Assembly: GCA_044868145.1 (NCBI GenBank)
Contig: JBIOWE010000004.1
Location: 9,395 to 73,394 of the forward strand
Direction: 5' to 3'
Length of the DNA: 64,000 bases
Source: Patescibacteria group bacterium
GTDB taxonomy: Bacteria > Patescibacteriota > Patescibacteriia > UBA10025 > JBIOWE01
The notes beneath the pieces were generated by a model that had not been told where the DNA came from, searched no databases, and saw nothing but the letters and a program-made list of their open reading frames with translations. Positions 46,712-55,527 of this stretch are shown one piece after another (within the stretch, counting starts at the first letter, position 1; each line of letters opens with the position of its first letter). A program made the position numbers and the translations under genes.

Positions 46712-47947
46712 CTATATGGCAAATATATCTTTTGCTTTACCGAGCGCATGCACAAGCCGGTCGATCTCCTCTTTGATTGTGTAAACATAAAAGCTTGCAC
46801 GCGCTACAGCTCGGACGCCAATTTTCTCCATCAACGGCTGCGCACACATATGGCCGGCGCGAATGGCAATGCCTTCCTCGTCAACAATAGAGGCTAGATC
46901 ATGCGGGTGTACACCCTTGATGGTAAAGGACAGCACGCCGCCACGCTTGGAAACGTCTTTTGATCCGTAAATCGTCAGATCTGGTACGTTCATAAGCGCT
47001 TTCAATCCATATTCAGTGAGCTCCATTTCCAAGGCATGTACATTTTCCATACCCAGACTCATCAAATAATCAATCGCCGCGCCAAGACCAATTGCGCCAA
47101 CCACGTTCGGTGTGCCCGCTTCGAACTTCCAGGGCAAGTCGTTCCATGTCGCGCGATCAAGATGCACTTCGCGAATCATGTCTCCGCCGCCCAAGAATGG
47201 ATCCATGTGTTCAAGCAACTCCTCTTTCGCATACAAAAAGCCTATGCCTGATGGCGCGAGCATTTTATGGCCGGAGACCGCAAGAAAATCGCAAGCCAAA
47301 TCCTGCACATCCACCAGTAGATGCGGCACGCTTTGTGCGGCGTCGAGAAGAACCTTTGCGCCAACGCGATGTGCTTTGTCCGCAATCATTTTAACAGGAT
47401 TAATCGTGCCAAGGACATTGGACATGTGTGTCACGCCAACGAGCTTGGTTTTGTTGGTGATGAGCGAATCGTATTTGTCCACTTCCAGCATGCCGGTTTC
47501 AAGATTGACGGGTACAAACTTAGTGGTCGCGCCAGTTTCTTTCGCTAATAATTGCCACGGGATAAGGTTCGAGTGGTGCTCCATTTCCGTGAGCACGATT
47601 TCATCGCCCGCTTTGATATTCTGCCTGCCCCAGGTGTACCGAACAAGGTTCATTGCTTCCGTCGCATTCCGCGTGAAAATAATTTCCTTCGTTGATTTGG
47701 CGTTAATCAATACTCGGACTTTTTCTCGTGCGTCTTCGTATGCCGCAGTCGCCTCCTCGGAAATAACGTAAATGCCGCGATGAACGTTTGCGTTGTACTC
47801 ACGTTGGAATTTGTCCATCGCTTCAATAACTACAGCTGGCTTCTGACTCGTGGCCGTCGAATCCAAGTATGCTAACGGCTTCCCATGAATCATGCGCTTG
47901 AAAATCGGGAAGTCTTTTCTTATTTGTTCTGGATTGAGTTTTTTCAT
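46712..47947 (-). CDS. sufS: Cysteine desulfurase SufS (class V aminotransferase)
   Basis: PLP-Lys region SGHKMLAPSGIGFLY and C-terminal catalytic Cys region RAGHMCAQP. 411 aa. Confidence 0.9.
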   Translation of the reverse strand: MKKLNPEQIRKDFPIFKRMIHGKPLAYLDSTATSQKPAVVIEAMDKFQREYNANVHRGIYVISEEATAAYEDAREKVRVLINAKSTKEIIFTRNATEAMNLVRYTWGRQNIKAGDEIVLTEMEHHSNLIPWQLLAKETGATTKFVPVNLETGMLEVDKYDSLITNKTKLVGVTHMSNVLGTINPVKMIADKAHRVGAKVLLDAAQSVPHLLVDVQDLACDFLAVSGHKMLAPSGIGFLYAKEELLEHMDPFLGGGDMIREVHLDRATWNDLPWKFEAGTPNVVGAIGLGAAIDYLMSLGMENVHALEMELTEYGLKALMNVPDLTIYGSKDVSKRGGVLSFTIKGVHPHDLASIVDEEGIAIRAGHMCAQPLMEKIGVRAVARASFYVYTIKEEIDRLVHALGKAKDIFAI

Positions 47948-48780
47948 ACGCTTGGCAATGCCAATGTCTGCGACACTTCCTGCGGAACCCGCTCCAACAC
48001 TTTTTGTAGAAACCCCTGCACAATCAGCTGACGCGCCTCGCTTGGTTCAATCCCGCGGCTTTGCAGGTAAAACAACTGTTCATCATTGATCCTGCTTGTG
48101 GTTGACCCGTGCGTTGCTTTCACGTCGTTCGCTTCAATCTCGAGCGTTGGTTGTGAATCCGCGATGGCGTCATCCAAAAGCAGAACGTGGTCGCTGAAAT
48201 ACGAATTCGTTTTTTGCGCCTGCTTTTCTACCTTGATGAGCCCGGAAAACACGCCGCGCGATTTGTTCTGATACACGCCGCGCAGGAGAATATCGCCTTT
48301 CGTGTTTGGCGCTTGGTGATCCATGACTATATGAAATCCCTGATGTTGTTCACGGCTGCCGGCAAAGACGCCGGAGACAAACGCTTCGGCGCCTGGCTCG
48401 ACCAAATCAATTCTTACGTGACATTCGATGCGCGCTCCGCCCCGAACCATCGGCACAAAATGAAAATACGCGTCTCTTTTTACGATAACATGAGCTAGCG
48501 TTATTGAAAAATCATCGACTGCGCAATCCGCTTCCAGAACGAACGTGGCGCGGCTACCCGGTTCGACGAGCAGAGAAAACCGCCGGACTTCATTTGGCCC
48601 GACCTTATCCCTGATGATCTTTTCATTCTTTATGACAGTTGTTTGGCTTTTCTTCTCATCTTGCAGATCAAACAAAAAATTTTCCGGAAATTTTCTCAAT
48701 GAGTCAGCTTTCGGGTACAAAGCTCGGTTTGTTTGTTTGACAATAAAGTTGGTGTTTGTTACCATAGTACAAACTATCAA
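47944..48780 (-). CDS. sufD: Fe-S cluster assembly protein SufD
   Basis: C-terminal SufB/D beta-helix with the ...EQLFYLQSRGI... motif. Positioned between sufB and sufS. Confidence 0.8.
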   Translation of the reverse strand: MIVCTMVTNTNFIVKQTNRALYPKADSLRKFPENFLFDLQDEKKSQTTVIKNEKIIRDKVGPNEVRRFSLLVEPGSRATFVLEADCAVDDFSITLAHVIVKRDAYFHFVPMVRGGARIECHVRIDLVEPGAEAFVSGVFAGSREQHQGFHIVMDHQAPNTKGDILLRGVYQNKSRGVFSGLIKVEKQAQKTNSYFSDHVLLLDDAIADSQPTLEIEANDVKATHGSTTSRINDEQLFYLQSRGIEPSEARQLIVQGFLQKVLERVPQEVSQTLALPSV

Positions 48781-48797
48781 AAAAATAAGGAGGTAGA

Positions 48798-49040
48798 ATG
48801 ATACTGTTGCAAGGTGTTTCCTGGATGTTCCTCGTTAGTACTGCGATCTTGCGAGTGACTCTTGCTACTCACAAGGCGTCGATATGGCTCAAGTTCATGG
48901 CAGTTGGCTTTCCGGTCATTGCAGCTCTTTTCTTTGGACTCAGAGCGAAAAAAGATCCTACCACGATAAATCTAGCGGGATTAATCCTCAGTATCGTGTT
49001 TTGCCTCATTCAATTCGAACATTTCGTCCTCGCGTCCTAA
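48798..49040 (+). CDS. Small membrane protein of 80 aa encoded antisense inside the suf operon, between sufB and sufD; hypothetical
   Basis: ATG preceded by AAATAAGGAGGTAGA, a strong RBS. Two or three TM helices. Followed by a clean plus-strand terminator (feature 49049..49079). Confidence 0.5.
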   Translation: MILLQGVSWMFLVSTAILRVTLATHKASIWLKFMAVGFPVIAALFFGLRAKKDPTTINLAGLILSIVFCLIQFEHFVLAS

Positions 49041-49048
49041 CAAGTCTT

Positions 49049-49079
49049 AAAGCCTCGCAAACCTGACGAGGCTTTTTTA
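49049..49079 (+). terminator. Rho-independent terminator (AAGCCTCGcaaacctgaCGAGGCTT + T6)
   Basis: Hairpin plus U-tract read directly. Confidence 0.7.
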
Positions 49080-49087
49080 TTTTCAAA

Positions 49088-50494
49088 TCACCCTACCGAA
49101 CCACTCATCTCTAATTGAATCAGCCGATTCAGCTCTATTGCATACTCGATGGGCAGTTCCTTGGCAATCGGCTCAATGAATCCCTGCACAATCATGCTCG
49201 AGGCTTCCTGTTGGGAAAGACCGCGCGACATCAAGTAGAACAACTGTTCCTCGCCAATACGTCCGACCGAAGCTTCATGGCTAATTTGCACGTCTGACTC
49301 GCGGATGTCCATCGTGGGATACGTGTCGGATCGCGCAGTTTCATCAAGCAAGAGCGCGTCGCATTGTACGGACGACTTTACGCCTTTCATCCCTTTTGGC
49401 ACGCGAATTAAGCCGCGATACGACGTTCGCCCCGTTTCTTTTGAAATGGACTTGGACACAATCGTGGACGTGGTATATGGCGCGCCATGAATTGCTTTGC
49501 CGCCGGCGTCTTGATGCTGGCCACTGCCCGCAAACGCGATGGACAGTACATCGCCTTTCGCGCCTTTGCCAAGCAAGTACACCGACGGGTATTTCATCGT
49601 AATCTTGCTGCCAAGATTTCCGTCCACCCATTCCATGGTCGCATCTTCATAAACGTAAGCGCGCTTTGTTACCAAATTGTACACGTTCTTGGACCAGTTT
49701 TGCACGGTGGTGTAGCGGACGCGGGCGCCTGGCTTGACGATAATTTCCACGACGGCCGAATGAAGCGAGTCCGCACGGTACACCGGAGCAGTGCAGCCTT
49801 CAACATAATGCACATATGATCCTGGCTCGGCAATAATCATGGTCCGCTCAAACTGTCCTGCTTTCTCTGCGTTAATACGGAAATACGCTTGCAATGGGAT
49901 GTCGACTGACACACCGGCAGGGATATAAACGAAACTCCCACCGCTCCACACGGCGGTATTCAACGCGGAGAATTTGTTGTCTGCCGCAGGAATCACTTTG
50001 CTGAAATATTGCTTAACAATATCGGGGTACTTCCGGAGCCCGGTGTCCATGTCGAAGAACAACACACCAAGCTTTTCCAGTTTTTCCTGCAAACTGTGAT
50101 ACACGGCTTCCGATTCATACTGTGCCATCACGCCAGCGAGAAATTTCTGCTCCGCTTGGGGAATGCCGATCTTTTGATACGTGTTGCGAATCTCATTCGG
50201 TAAGTCTTCCCAGCGTTTTGCGATTTTCCCCGTCGGCCGCAGGTAATAATGGATAGAATCGAAATCAATCGTAGATAGATTGGCACCCCACGTCGGCATT
50301 GGTTTCTTCACAAATACGTCATACGCGCGGAGGCGAGCTTGCAGCATCCAATCCGGCTCTTTTTTGTAATGCGAGATTTGTTCAACTACGCGTCGCGACA
50401 ACCCTGGCTCCGCAATAAACGAATAGTTCACCGGGTCAGGCCCGAGCTGGCCGGTTGAAACGTCAATAACTGGTTGTGTTTGCACTTTTTGCAT
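49088..50494 (-). CDS. sufB: Fe-S cluster assembly protein SufB
   Basis: 468 aa. Conserved SufB core and a C-terminal EQLFYLMSRGL motif. Confidence 0.95.
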   Translation of the reverse strand: MQKVQTQPVIDVSTGQLGPDPVNYSFIAEPGLSRRVVEQISHYKKEPDWMLQARLRAYDVFVKKPMPTWGANLSTIDFDSIHYYLRPTGKIAKRWEDLPNEIRNTYQKIGIPQAEQKFLAGVMAQYESEAVYHSLQEKLEKLGVLFFDMDTGLRKYPDIVKQYFSKVIPAADNKFSALNTAVWSGGSFVYIPAGVSVDIPLQAYFRINAEKAGQFERTMIIAEPGSYVHYVEGCTAPVYRADSLHSAVVEIIVKPGARVRYTTVQNWSKNVYNLVTKRAYVYEDATMEWVDGNLGSKITMKYPSVYLLGKGAKGDVLSIAFAGSGQHQDAGGKAIHGAPYTTSTIVSKSISKETGRTSYRGLIRVPKGMKGVKSSVQCDALLLDETARSDTYPTMDIRESDVQISHEASVGRIGEEQLFYLMSRGLSQQEASSMIVQGFIEPIAKELPIEYAIELNRLIQLEMSGSVG

Positions 50495-50508
50495 AGGTTA
50501 GATATTTC

Positions 50509-51291
50509 CTAGACCGGCTGCAAGGCTGCTTCATACCCTCGCTCCTCAATCTGGTGCGCGAGTTCCTTACCGGATGACTTCACAAGTTTTCCATTAACCA
50601 TCACGTGCACAACATCCGGTTCGATGTGCTGCAGGACTCGGGAATAATGCGTGATGATAAGCATGCCCACGTTCGGTCCGCGCAGCGTATTCACTCCTCG
50701 CGCGACCATTTTGAGCGCGTCCACGTCGAGCCCTGAATCCGTCTCGTCGAGAATCGCGATTTTCGGCTCGAGCACGGCGAGTTGCACGATTTCCATCCGT
50801 TTCTTCTCCCCACCGGAAAATCCTTCATTAAGAGAACGTTTGATAAAACTTTCGTCCATACCGAGCAAGCGCATTTTTTCTTTTAATCTTTTTAAAAACT
50901 CTCCGACATTGACCGGTCGTTCTTTTGTACCGTGCAGGCTATTATAGGCGGTGCGCAAAAAATTCTGGATGGACACGCCCGACACTTCCACGGGATACTG
51001 GAAGGACAAAAAAAGGCCGAGCTTGGCTCGTTCATGCGGCGCTAGCGATAAAACGTCTTGCCCGTCAAACGTTACGGAGCCCTTCGTAATCTTATAACGC
51101 GGATGACCCATCAGCGCATTGGCAAGTGTAGACTTTCCTGAACCGTTCGGACCCATCAGCGCATGCACCTCACCTTGCGGAATGACGAGGTTCATTCCTT
51201 TGATAATTTCTGTTCCGTCTACTGTAACGTGAAGGTTTTGGAGATCGAGTGATTGCATAAAAATCGTGGCACGTATAGGTAGGGATACCAC
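50509..51291 (-). CDS. sufC: Fe-S cluster assembly ATPase SufC. The true start is probably the Met at MQSLDLQNL...
   Basis: Walker A GPNGSGKST, ABC signature FSGGEKK, Walker B ILDETDSGLD. Confidence 0.95.
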   Translation of the reverse strand: MVSLPIRATIFMQSLDLQNLHVTVDGTEIIKGMNLVIPQGEVHALMGPNGSGKSTLANALMGHPRYKITKGSVTFDGQDVLSLAPHERAKLGLFLSFQYPVEVSGVSIQNFLRTAYNSLHGTKERPVNVGEFLKRLKEKMRLLGMDESFIKRSLNEGFSGGEKKRMEIVQLAVLEPKIAILDETDSGLDVDALKMVARGVNTLRGPNVGMLIITHYSRVLQHIEPDVVHVMVNGKLVKSSGKELAHQIEERGYEAALQPV

Positions 51292-51308
51292 GACCTTCCT
51301 TGTCCGTC

Positions 51309-51418
51309 AACCCACCCACCAATTTTATAGGTCAGACCGGATTGAAATAACAGTGAATCGAATTATCAGTTAATGCCTTTTTATTGTTCTGTCTAAAATT
51401 GGTGGGCGGGTCAACCCC
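51309..51418. repeat. Inverted-repeat element of about 110 nt in the suf promoter region (GTCAACCCACCCACCAATTTTA ... TAAAATTGGTGGGCGGGTCAACC); a second copy of the same element family lies at 55528..55643
   Basis: Terminal arms of 13-16 bp, perfectly complementary, flanked by a GTCAACC(C) direct repeat. The arms share about 19/22 identity with the copy upstream of the ZIP gene. Confidence 0.5.
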
Positions 51419-51423
51419 AAAAA

Positions 51424-52935
51424 CTAGGACGCTACCTTCTGAATACTGAAAATTTTCTCTCGTTTGAGCGCTTCAAGCGCCAGCATTATGCGGTCATCAC
51501 TCTCGGCATATAGCGTATACAGCCGTTCGCCTTTTCGGATGCGCTGACCGATCCGCTTGTTGATGTAGATGCCTGCTTGGGGGTCGTGCGGTGCGCCCAG
51601 AATACGAGCGACGTCATCAATCGCCTTGTTATTGACAAAAACGACGGTACCGTAATTCGGGGCGTGGACGCGGTACCGCTTCGTCGCCATGGTCAAATCC
51701 TCGGAATCAATCTTTGGATTCCCGCCTTGCGCTTTAATCATCGCCTGCATTTTCTTCCACGCACGTCCGGTGCCAATTGCCTCACGCGCCGCCTCTTCTC
51801 CCTCGCCTACCTTCATCGCGCCGCATAGTTCGAGTAATTCGCCGGCGAGTCTTATCGATTTTTGCTCGAGGTCTGTTGGGCGGCGATCTTTTTGCTGCAA
51901 GACACGCAGCACGTCCCGCGCTTCGAGCACCGGACCGATCCCACGGCCGATTGGCTCACGCGCTTCGGTCAGTACGACCTTCGTCTTAATGCCAAACTGC
52001 CGACTTAAATACACAAACTTTTCACGCACGTGCCAAGCGATCTTTTTGTCCGGTATTTTTGTCGTCGGTCCAAACGGAATATCAATGACCAGGTGCGTTA
52101 TACCGGTCGCCACTTTCTTTGCCATAATCGAAACGAGCATTTTTGTGTATGGCTCAATGCCGATTGAGCGCGACACTTGAATAATGTGGTCATCCGCCGG
52201 CGCGAGTCGGAAGCTGCCGCCCCACACCATGCATCCATCTGTTTTTTTCACTACCTGTCTGATTTTGGTCAGGGACAAACTCACTGGCGCAAGCACTTCC
52301 ATGGTGTCCGCCGTTCCGGAGGGAGACGTTATGGAACGAGAAGATGTCTTTGGGATCAACACGCCATAGCTGGCAACAATCGGGACAACGACCATCGTTG
52401 TTCGATTGCCGGGCAACCCGCCCACTGAATGTTTGTCCGCGACAATCTTACCGGGAAACTTCAATGTATCACCGGTCTCCGCCATTGCCTTCGTCAAATA
52501 GAACAATTCTTGATCGCTATACTCTTTTGCAAAACTTGTAGCAACGAAGTAGGTTATCTCTACCGGGCCGAGTCGGTGCTCAACAATATCTTTCACAATA
52601 GAATATATTTCCTGATACTTGAGCGGTTTGTTCAAAAGCTTTTTTTGAATTGCTCGAATAGAAGCCGGGCGGGAGAGTATGGCAATCTCAATCGGCTCCC
52701 CGTTCTTTACTTTATGCTCGTGCCAAATCTCCCGGAAAAAGCCAACCTCGCCGCGTTTAACCTTTGTGCGGGTGTAGTACGCGCGGCAAATAATTTTCTT
52801 ACCATTCCAAGCAATCTCAATCAAGTCGCCGAGAATAATGCCGAACGTGATAGCTTCTCGCTCGTGCATCACCACGACCCACGGCTCACCCCCGGAGGAG
52901 AAATCGAGTTTTTTCGCGCGTAAGTAAAAAGCCAT
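51424..52935 (-). CDS. deoA: Thymidine-phosphorylase-family enzyme with an N-terminal extension; probable archaeal-type AMP phosphorylase
   Basis: 503 aa. KHSVGG phosphate-binding motif and TADT motif of the TP family, plus an extra N-terminal domain of about 80 aa. The length matches archaeal AMP phosphorylases. Confidence 0.75.
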   Translation of the reverse strand: MAFYLRAKKLDFSSGGEPWVVVMHEREAITFGIILGDLIEIAWNGKKIICRAYYTRTKVKRGEVGFFREIWHEHKVKNGEPIEIAILSRPASIRAIQKKLLNKPLKYQEIYSIVKDIVEHRLGPVEITYFVATSFAKEYSDQELFYLTKAMAETGDTLKFPGKIVADKHSVGGLPGNRTTMVVVPIVASYGVLIPKTSSRSITSPSGTADTMEVLAPVSLSLTKIRQVVKKTDGCMVWGGSFRLAPADDHIIQVSRSIGIEPYTKMLVSIMAKKVATGITHLVIDIPFGPTTKIPDKKIAWHVREKFVYLSRQFGIKTKVVLTEAREPIGRGIGPVLEARDVLRVLQQKDRRPTDLEQKSIRLAGELLELCGAMKVGEGEEAAREAIGTGRAWKKMQAMIKAQGGNPKIDSEDLTMATKRYRVHAPNYGTVVFVNNKAIDDVARILGAPHDPQAGIYINKRIGQRIRKGERLYTLYAESDDRIMLALEALKREKIFSIQKVAS

Positions 52936-52959
52936 AGTCCTTTTATTATAGCATGATAC

Positions 52960-53607
52960 TTATCGGGATTGTGCCACCCCAACGCGCGGACACCATTTCC
53001 GGATCGCGCACGTTGAACAAAACGGGGAAACCGGCACGCAGACGTTCTGACCCCAGGTGACAAGCAGTTCATTCCAGCGTTTCCAATATTTCTTTGGTAA
53101 TACTTTATAAAGAGCGAACTCCGTTTCTTCGGGCGTTTTTGTTTTGACAATGCCGAGCCGATTCGAAATGCGGTGCACATGCGTATCAACACAAATGCCC
53201 TCCTTATTGAATGCGACAATGCGGACGAGATTTGCGGTCTTCCTGCCAACGCCTGGAAGGGAAAGTAAGTCTTCCATCTTGGAAGGAACCTTGCTATGGT
53301 ATTTTTCCAGAAGTATTCGACACGCCTGCTTCAAGTGCTTTGCTTTTGTATGATAAAAGCTCACCGGATAAATGAGCTTTTTAACTTCCGCAAGCGGAAG
53401 TTTGAGAATGGCGCGTGGCGTAGGCGCTCGCTTGAACAATCGCGCTTGCGCTCCTTCGGTCACTTCGTCTTTTGTCTGCGCAGACAACATGGTGGATACG
53501 AGTACGCGGAATGGGTCATGCCGTCGCCCTACCTTTTCGACGATTGGCTCCTCGTATTGCTTGATGGCTTGTGAAAGCGTTTGGTAGATGTGGTCTATTC
53601 GATTCAT
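52960..53607 (-). CDS. nth: Endonuclease III (DNA glycosylase/AP lyase) with a 4Fe-4S cluster
   Basis: HhH-GPD motif LPGVGRKTANLV and a C-terminal CxxxxxxCxxCxxxxxC cluster (CVPVSPFCSTCAIRKWC). Confidence 0.9.
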   Translation of the reverse strand: MNRIDHIYQTLSQAIKQYEEPIVEKVGRRHDPFRVLVSTMLSAQTKDEVTEGAQARLFKRAPTPRAILKLPLAEVKKLIYPVSFYHTKAKHLKQACRILLEKYHSKVPSKMEDLLSLPGVGRKTANLVRIVAFNKEGICVDTHVHRISNRLGIVKTKTPEETEFALYKVLPKKYWKRWNELLVTWGQNVCVPVSPFCSTCAIRKWCPRVGVAQSR

Positions 53608-53613
53608 ACACGG

Positions 53614-53640
53614 GTAGGTCAGGGCCAGGCCCTGACCTAC
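53614..53640. repeat. REP-like 27-nt perfect palindrome GTAGGTCAGGGCCAGGCCCTGACCTAC downstream of ispH; the related copy is at 54697..54723
   Basis: 13-bp arms read directly. Confidence 0.55.
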
Positions 53641-53653
53641 GATGGAATAATTC

Positions 53654-54655
53654 TTACACCCGCATCTTCACCCCTGCTTTGATATGATGTTTATCGAGAA
53701 GCGTTCGGGCCTCGGCATGTTGTCCTGCATGTCCAACAAGGTCTTTTGGCAAACCGAAGAACACGCTTTCCTTCAAAACTTCCAGCGTCTCAACCGAGCT
53801 CGCGCCTTTGGATTTCAGAAAGTCAATGAGTTCTTGCACGAGCACTTCTGGGGCAGACGCACCGGAGCTGATGCCAACGGTCTTCACGTTCGCAAGCCAT
53901 GCCGGATCAACATCGCGATGCGAATCAATCAGATAGGCGGGGACGCCTGCGGACCGGGCAACGTCCACCAGTCGGTTGGAGTTAGAGCTTGCTTTGGACC
54001 CGATTATCAGGATAAGGTCAGAGTGTTTTGCCAGCTCCTTAACTGCGCGCTGGCGATTGGTTGTCGCGTAACAAATGTCTGCTGTCGGCGGAACCAGGAG
54101 TTTGGAGAATCGGCCTTTGAGTGAACTAATCACCGCGTGCGTCTCGTCAATACTCAATGTTGTCTGGGTTAGTACCACAACTTTTTCTGGCGTTGGGACG
54201 TTCACTTGTTCCGCTTCCTGGATAGTTTCGATAAGCATAGTTGATTGTGCCGGAACTTCACTCATCGTCCCTCTTGGCTCGAGATGGTCTTTGTGGCCAA
54301 CCATAATGATGAAATATCCTTCGCGATGATACCGTATAGCTTCAAGGTGCACTTTTGTCACAAGTGGACAGGTGGCATCAATCACCTGTAGCTTGCGACT
54401 GCGCGCTTTTTCATAGTCAGGCTTCTTCGACCCGTGCGCGGAAAAAACAACACGCGATCCTTCCGGTACTTCTTCAACCGTTTCGACAAAGATCGCCCCT
54501 TTCTTCTCGAGCTCGGATACCACAAAATTATTATGCACGATCTGATGCTTCACATAGATCGGCTTGCCGTACGCCAAAAGCGCCAGCTCGACAATGTCAA
54601 CGGCTCTATCGACGCCAGCACAGAAGCCGCGTGGATTGGCAAGCAAAATTTTCAT
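53654..54655 (-). CDS. ispH: 4-hydroxy-3-methylbut-2-enyl diphosphate reductase
   Basis: MKILLANPRGFCAGVDRAV N-terminus is canonical IspH. The ORF track extends to a TTG at 54694, so the ATG at 54653-54655 is preferred. Confidence 0.9.
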   Translation of the reverse strand: MKILLANPRGFCAGVDRAVDIVELALLAYGKPIYVKHQIVHNNFVVSELEKKGAIFVETVEEVPEGSRVVFSAHGSKKPDYEKARSRKLQVIDATCPLVTKVHLEAIRYHREGYFIIMVGHKDHLEPRGTMSEVPAQSTMLIETIQEAEQVNVPTPEKVVVLTQTTLSIDETHAVISSLKGRFSKLLVPPTADICYATTNRQRAVKELAKHSDLILIIGSKASSNSNRLVDVARSAGVPAYLIDSHRDVDPAWLANVKTVGISSGASAPEVLVQELIDFLKSKGASSVETLEVLKESVFFGLPKDLVGHAGQHAEARTLLDKHHIKAGVKMRV

Positions 54656-54696
54656 ATGTAACGACAGTCTAACATGGGATCCATGCTCGAACAAAC

Positions 54697-54723
54697 GTAG
54701 GCCATGGCCTGGCCATGACCTAC
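54697..54723. repeat. REP-like palindrome GTAGGCCATGGCCTGGCCATGACCTAC in the ispH 5' region (second copy of the family)
   Basis: 12/13 complementary arms with the same GTAGG...GGCC-N-GGCC...CCTAC architecture as 53614..53640. Confidence 0.55.
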
Positions 54724-54746
54724 CAGGGTTATTTTGTGTAGCTTAT

Positions 54747-55496
54747 TTATTCCAATAACAGCAAAAGTCCCATCACGCCGATGCCCAACAAGAAAAATAC
54801 GAGTTGTGCAAACGAATGACCAGTTCGTCGCTCACGATAAATCTCCGGTATGAGGTCTGCAGCCGCGATGTAAATAAAGCCGCCAATAGTGAACGGCACC
54901 AGAATGTGAGCGACATTTTGAACTGACACACCTATAATGAGGGTGATGACCGCTCCAAGCACAGCAGTAAGCGCGGAAAGGAAGTTAAACAAAAGTGCTT
55001 TTCCGCGGCTATACCCGGCATGGATCAGAATGCTAAAGTCGCCAATTTCCTGGGGAATTTCATGCAAAAAAACCGCTATTGTGGTAGACAGTCCAAGCGC
55101 CGGGTTTACGAGAAAACTGCCGGCAATAATGACTCCATCAATAAAATTATGAAATGCGTCACCGACAAGATTAATAAGCCCAACGGGGTGGGGGTGGTCT
55201 TCCGATGTGGGTATGTGGCAGTGCCGCCAAAAAATAATCTTTTCAAGTATAAAAAACAATACGATGCCTGCAAGAATAAACAACGATGACGTAAAGACAG
55301 CTTGAGTTTCTTGAAACGTTTCTGGTAAGAGATGGATAAATGCGTCGCCAAGAAGAGCGCCAGCGGCAAAACTCACAAAAAAGAGGAGGATTCTCTTCAG
55401 CTTGTCAATCTGTATAGCAAGCGTTAAAGCGCCCATGAAAGATACAAGACTGACAACCACAACGCCGGCTATCGTGTAAAACCAAATTTCCTGCAT
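54747..55496 (-). CDS. zupT: ZIP family divalent metal transporter (ZupT-like)
   Basis: HNFIDGVIIAGSF and HEIPQEIGDFSILI motifs. Eight TM helices. Confidence 0.85.
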   Translation of the reverse strand: MQEIWFYTIAGVVVVSLVSFMGALTLAIQIDKLKRILLFFVSFAAGALLGDAFIHLLPETFQETQAVFTSSLFILAGIVLFFILEKIIFWRHCHIPTSEDHPHPVGLINLVGDAFHNFIDGVIIAGSFLVNPALGLSTTIAVFLHEIPQEIGDFSILIHAGYSRGKALLFNFLSALTAVLGAVITLIIGVSVQNVAHILVPFTIGGFIYIAAADLIPEIYRERRTGHSFAQLVFFLLGIGVMGLLLLLE

Positions 55497-55527
55497 ACGT
55501 ATCTCTTAGGCTATCATGCGACCTGGT

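Noticed and set aside
51689-52180. 163-aa plus-strand ORF and neighbouring ORFs
   Set aside because: They are antisense to the phosphorylase gene.
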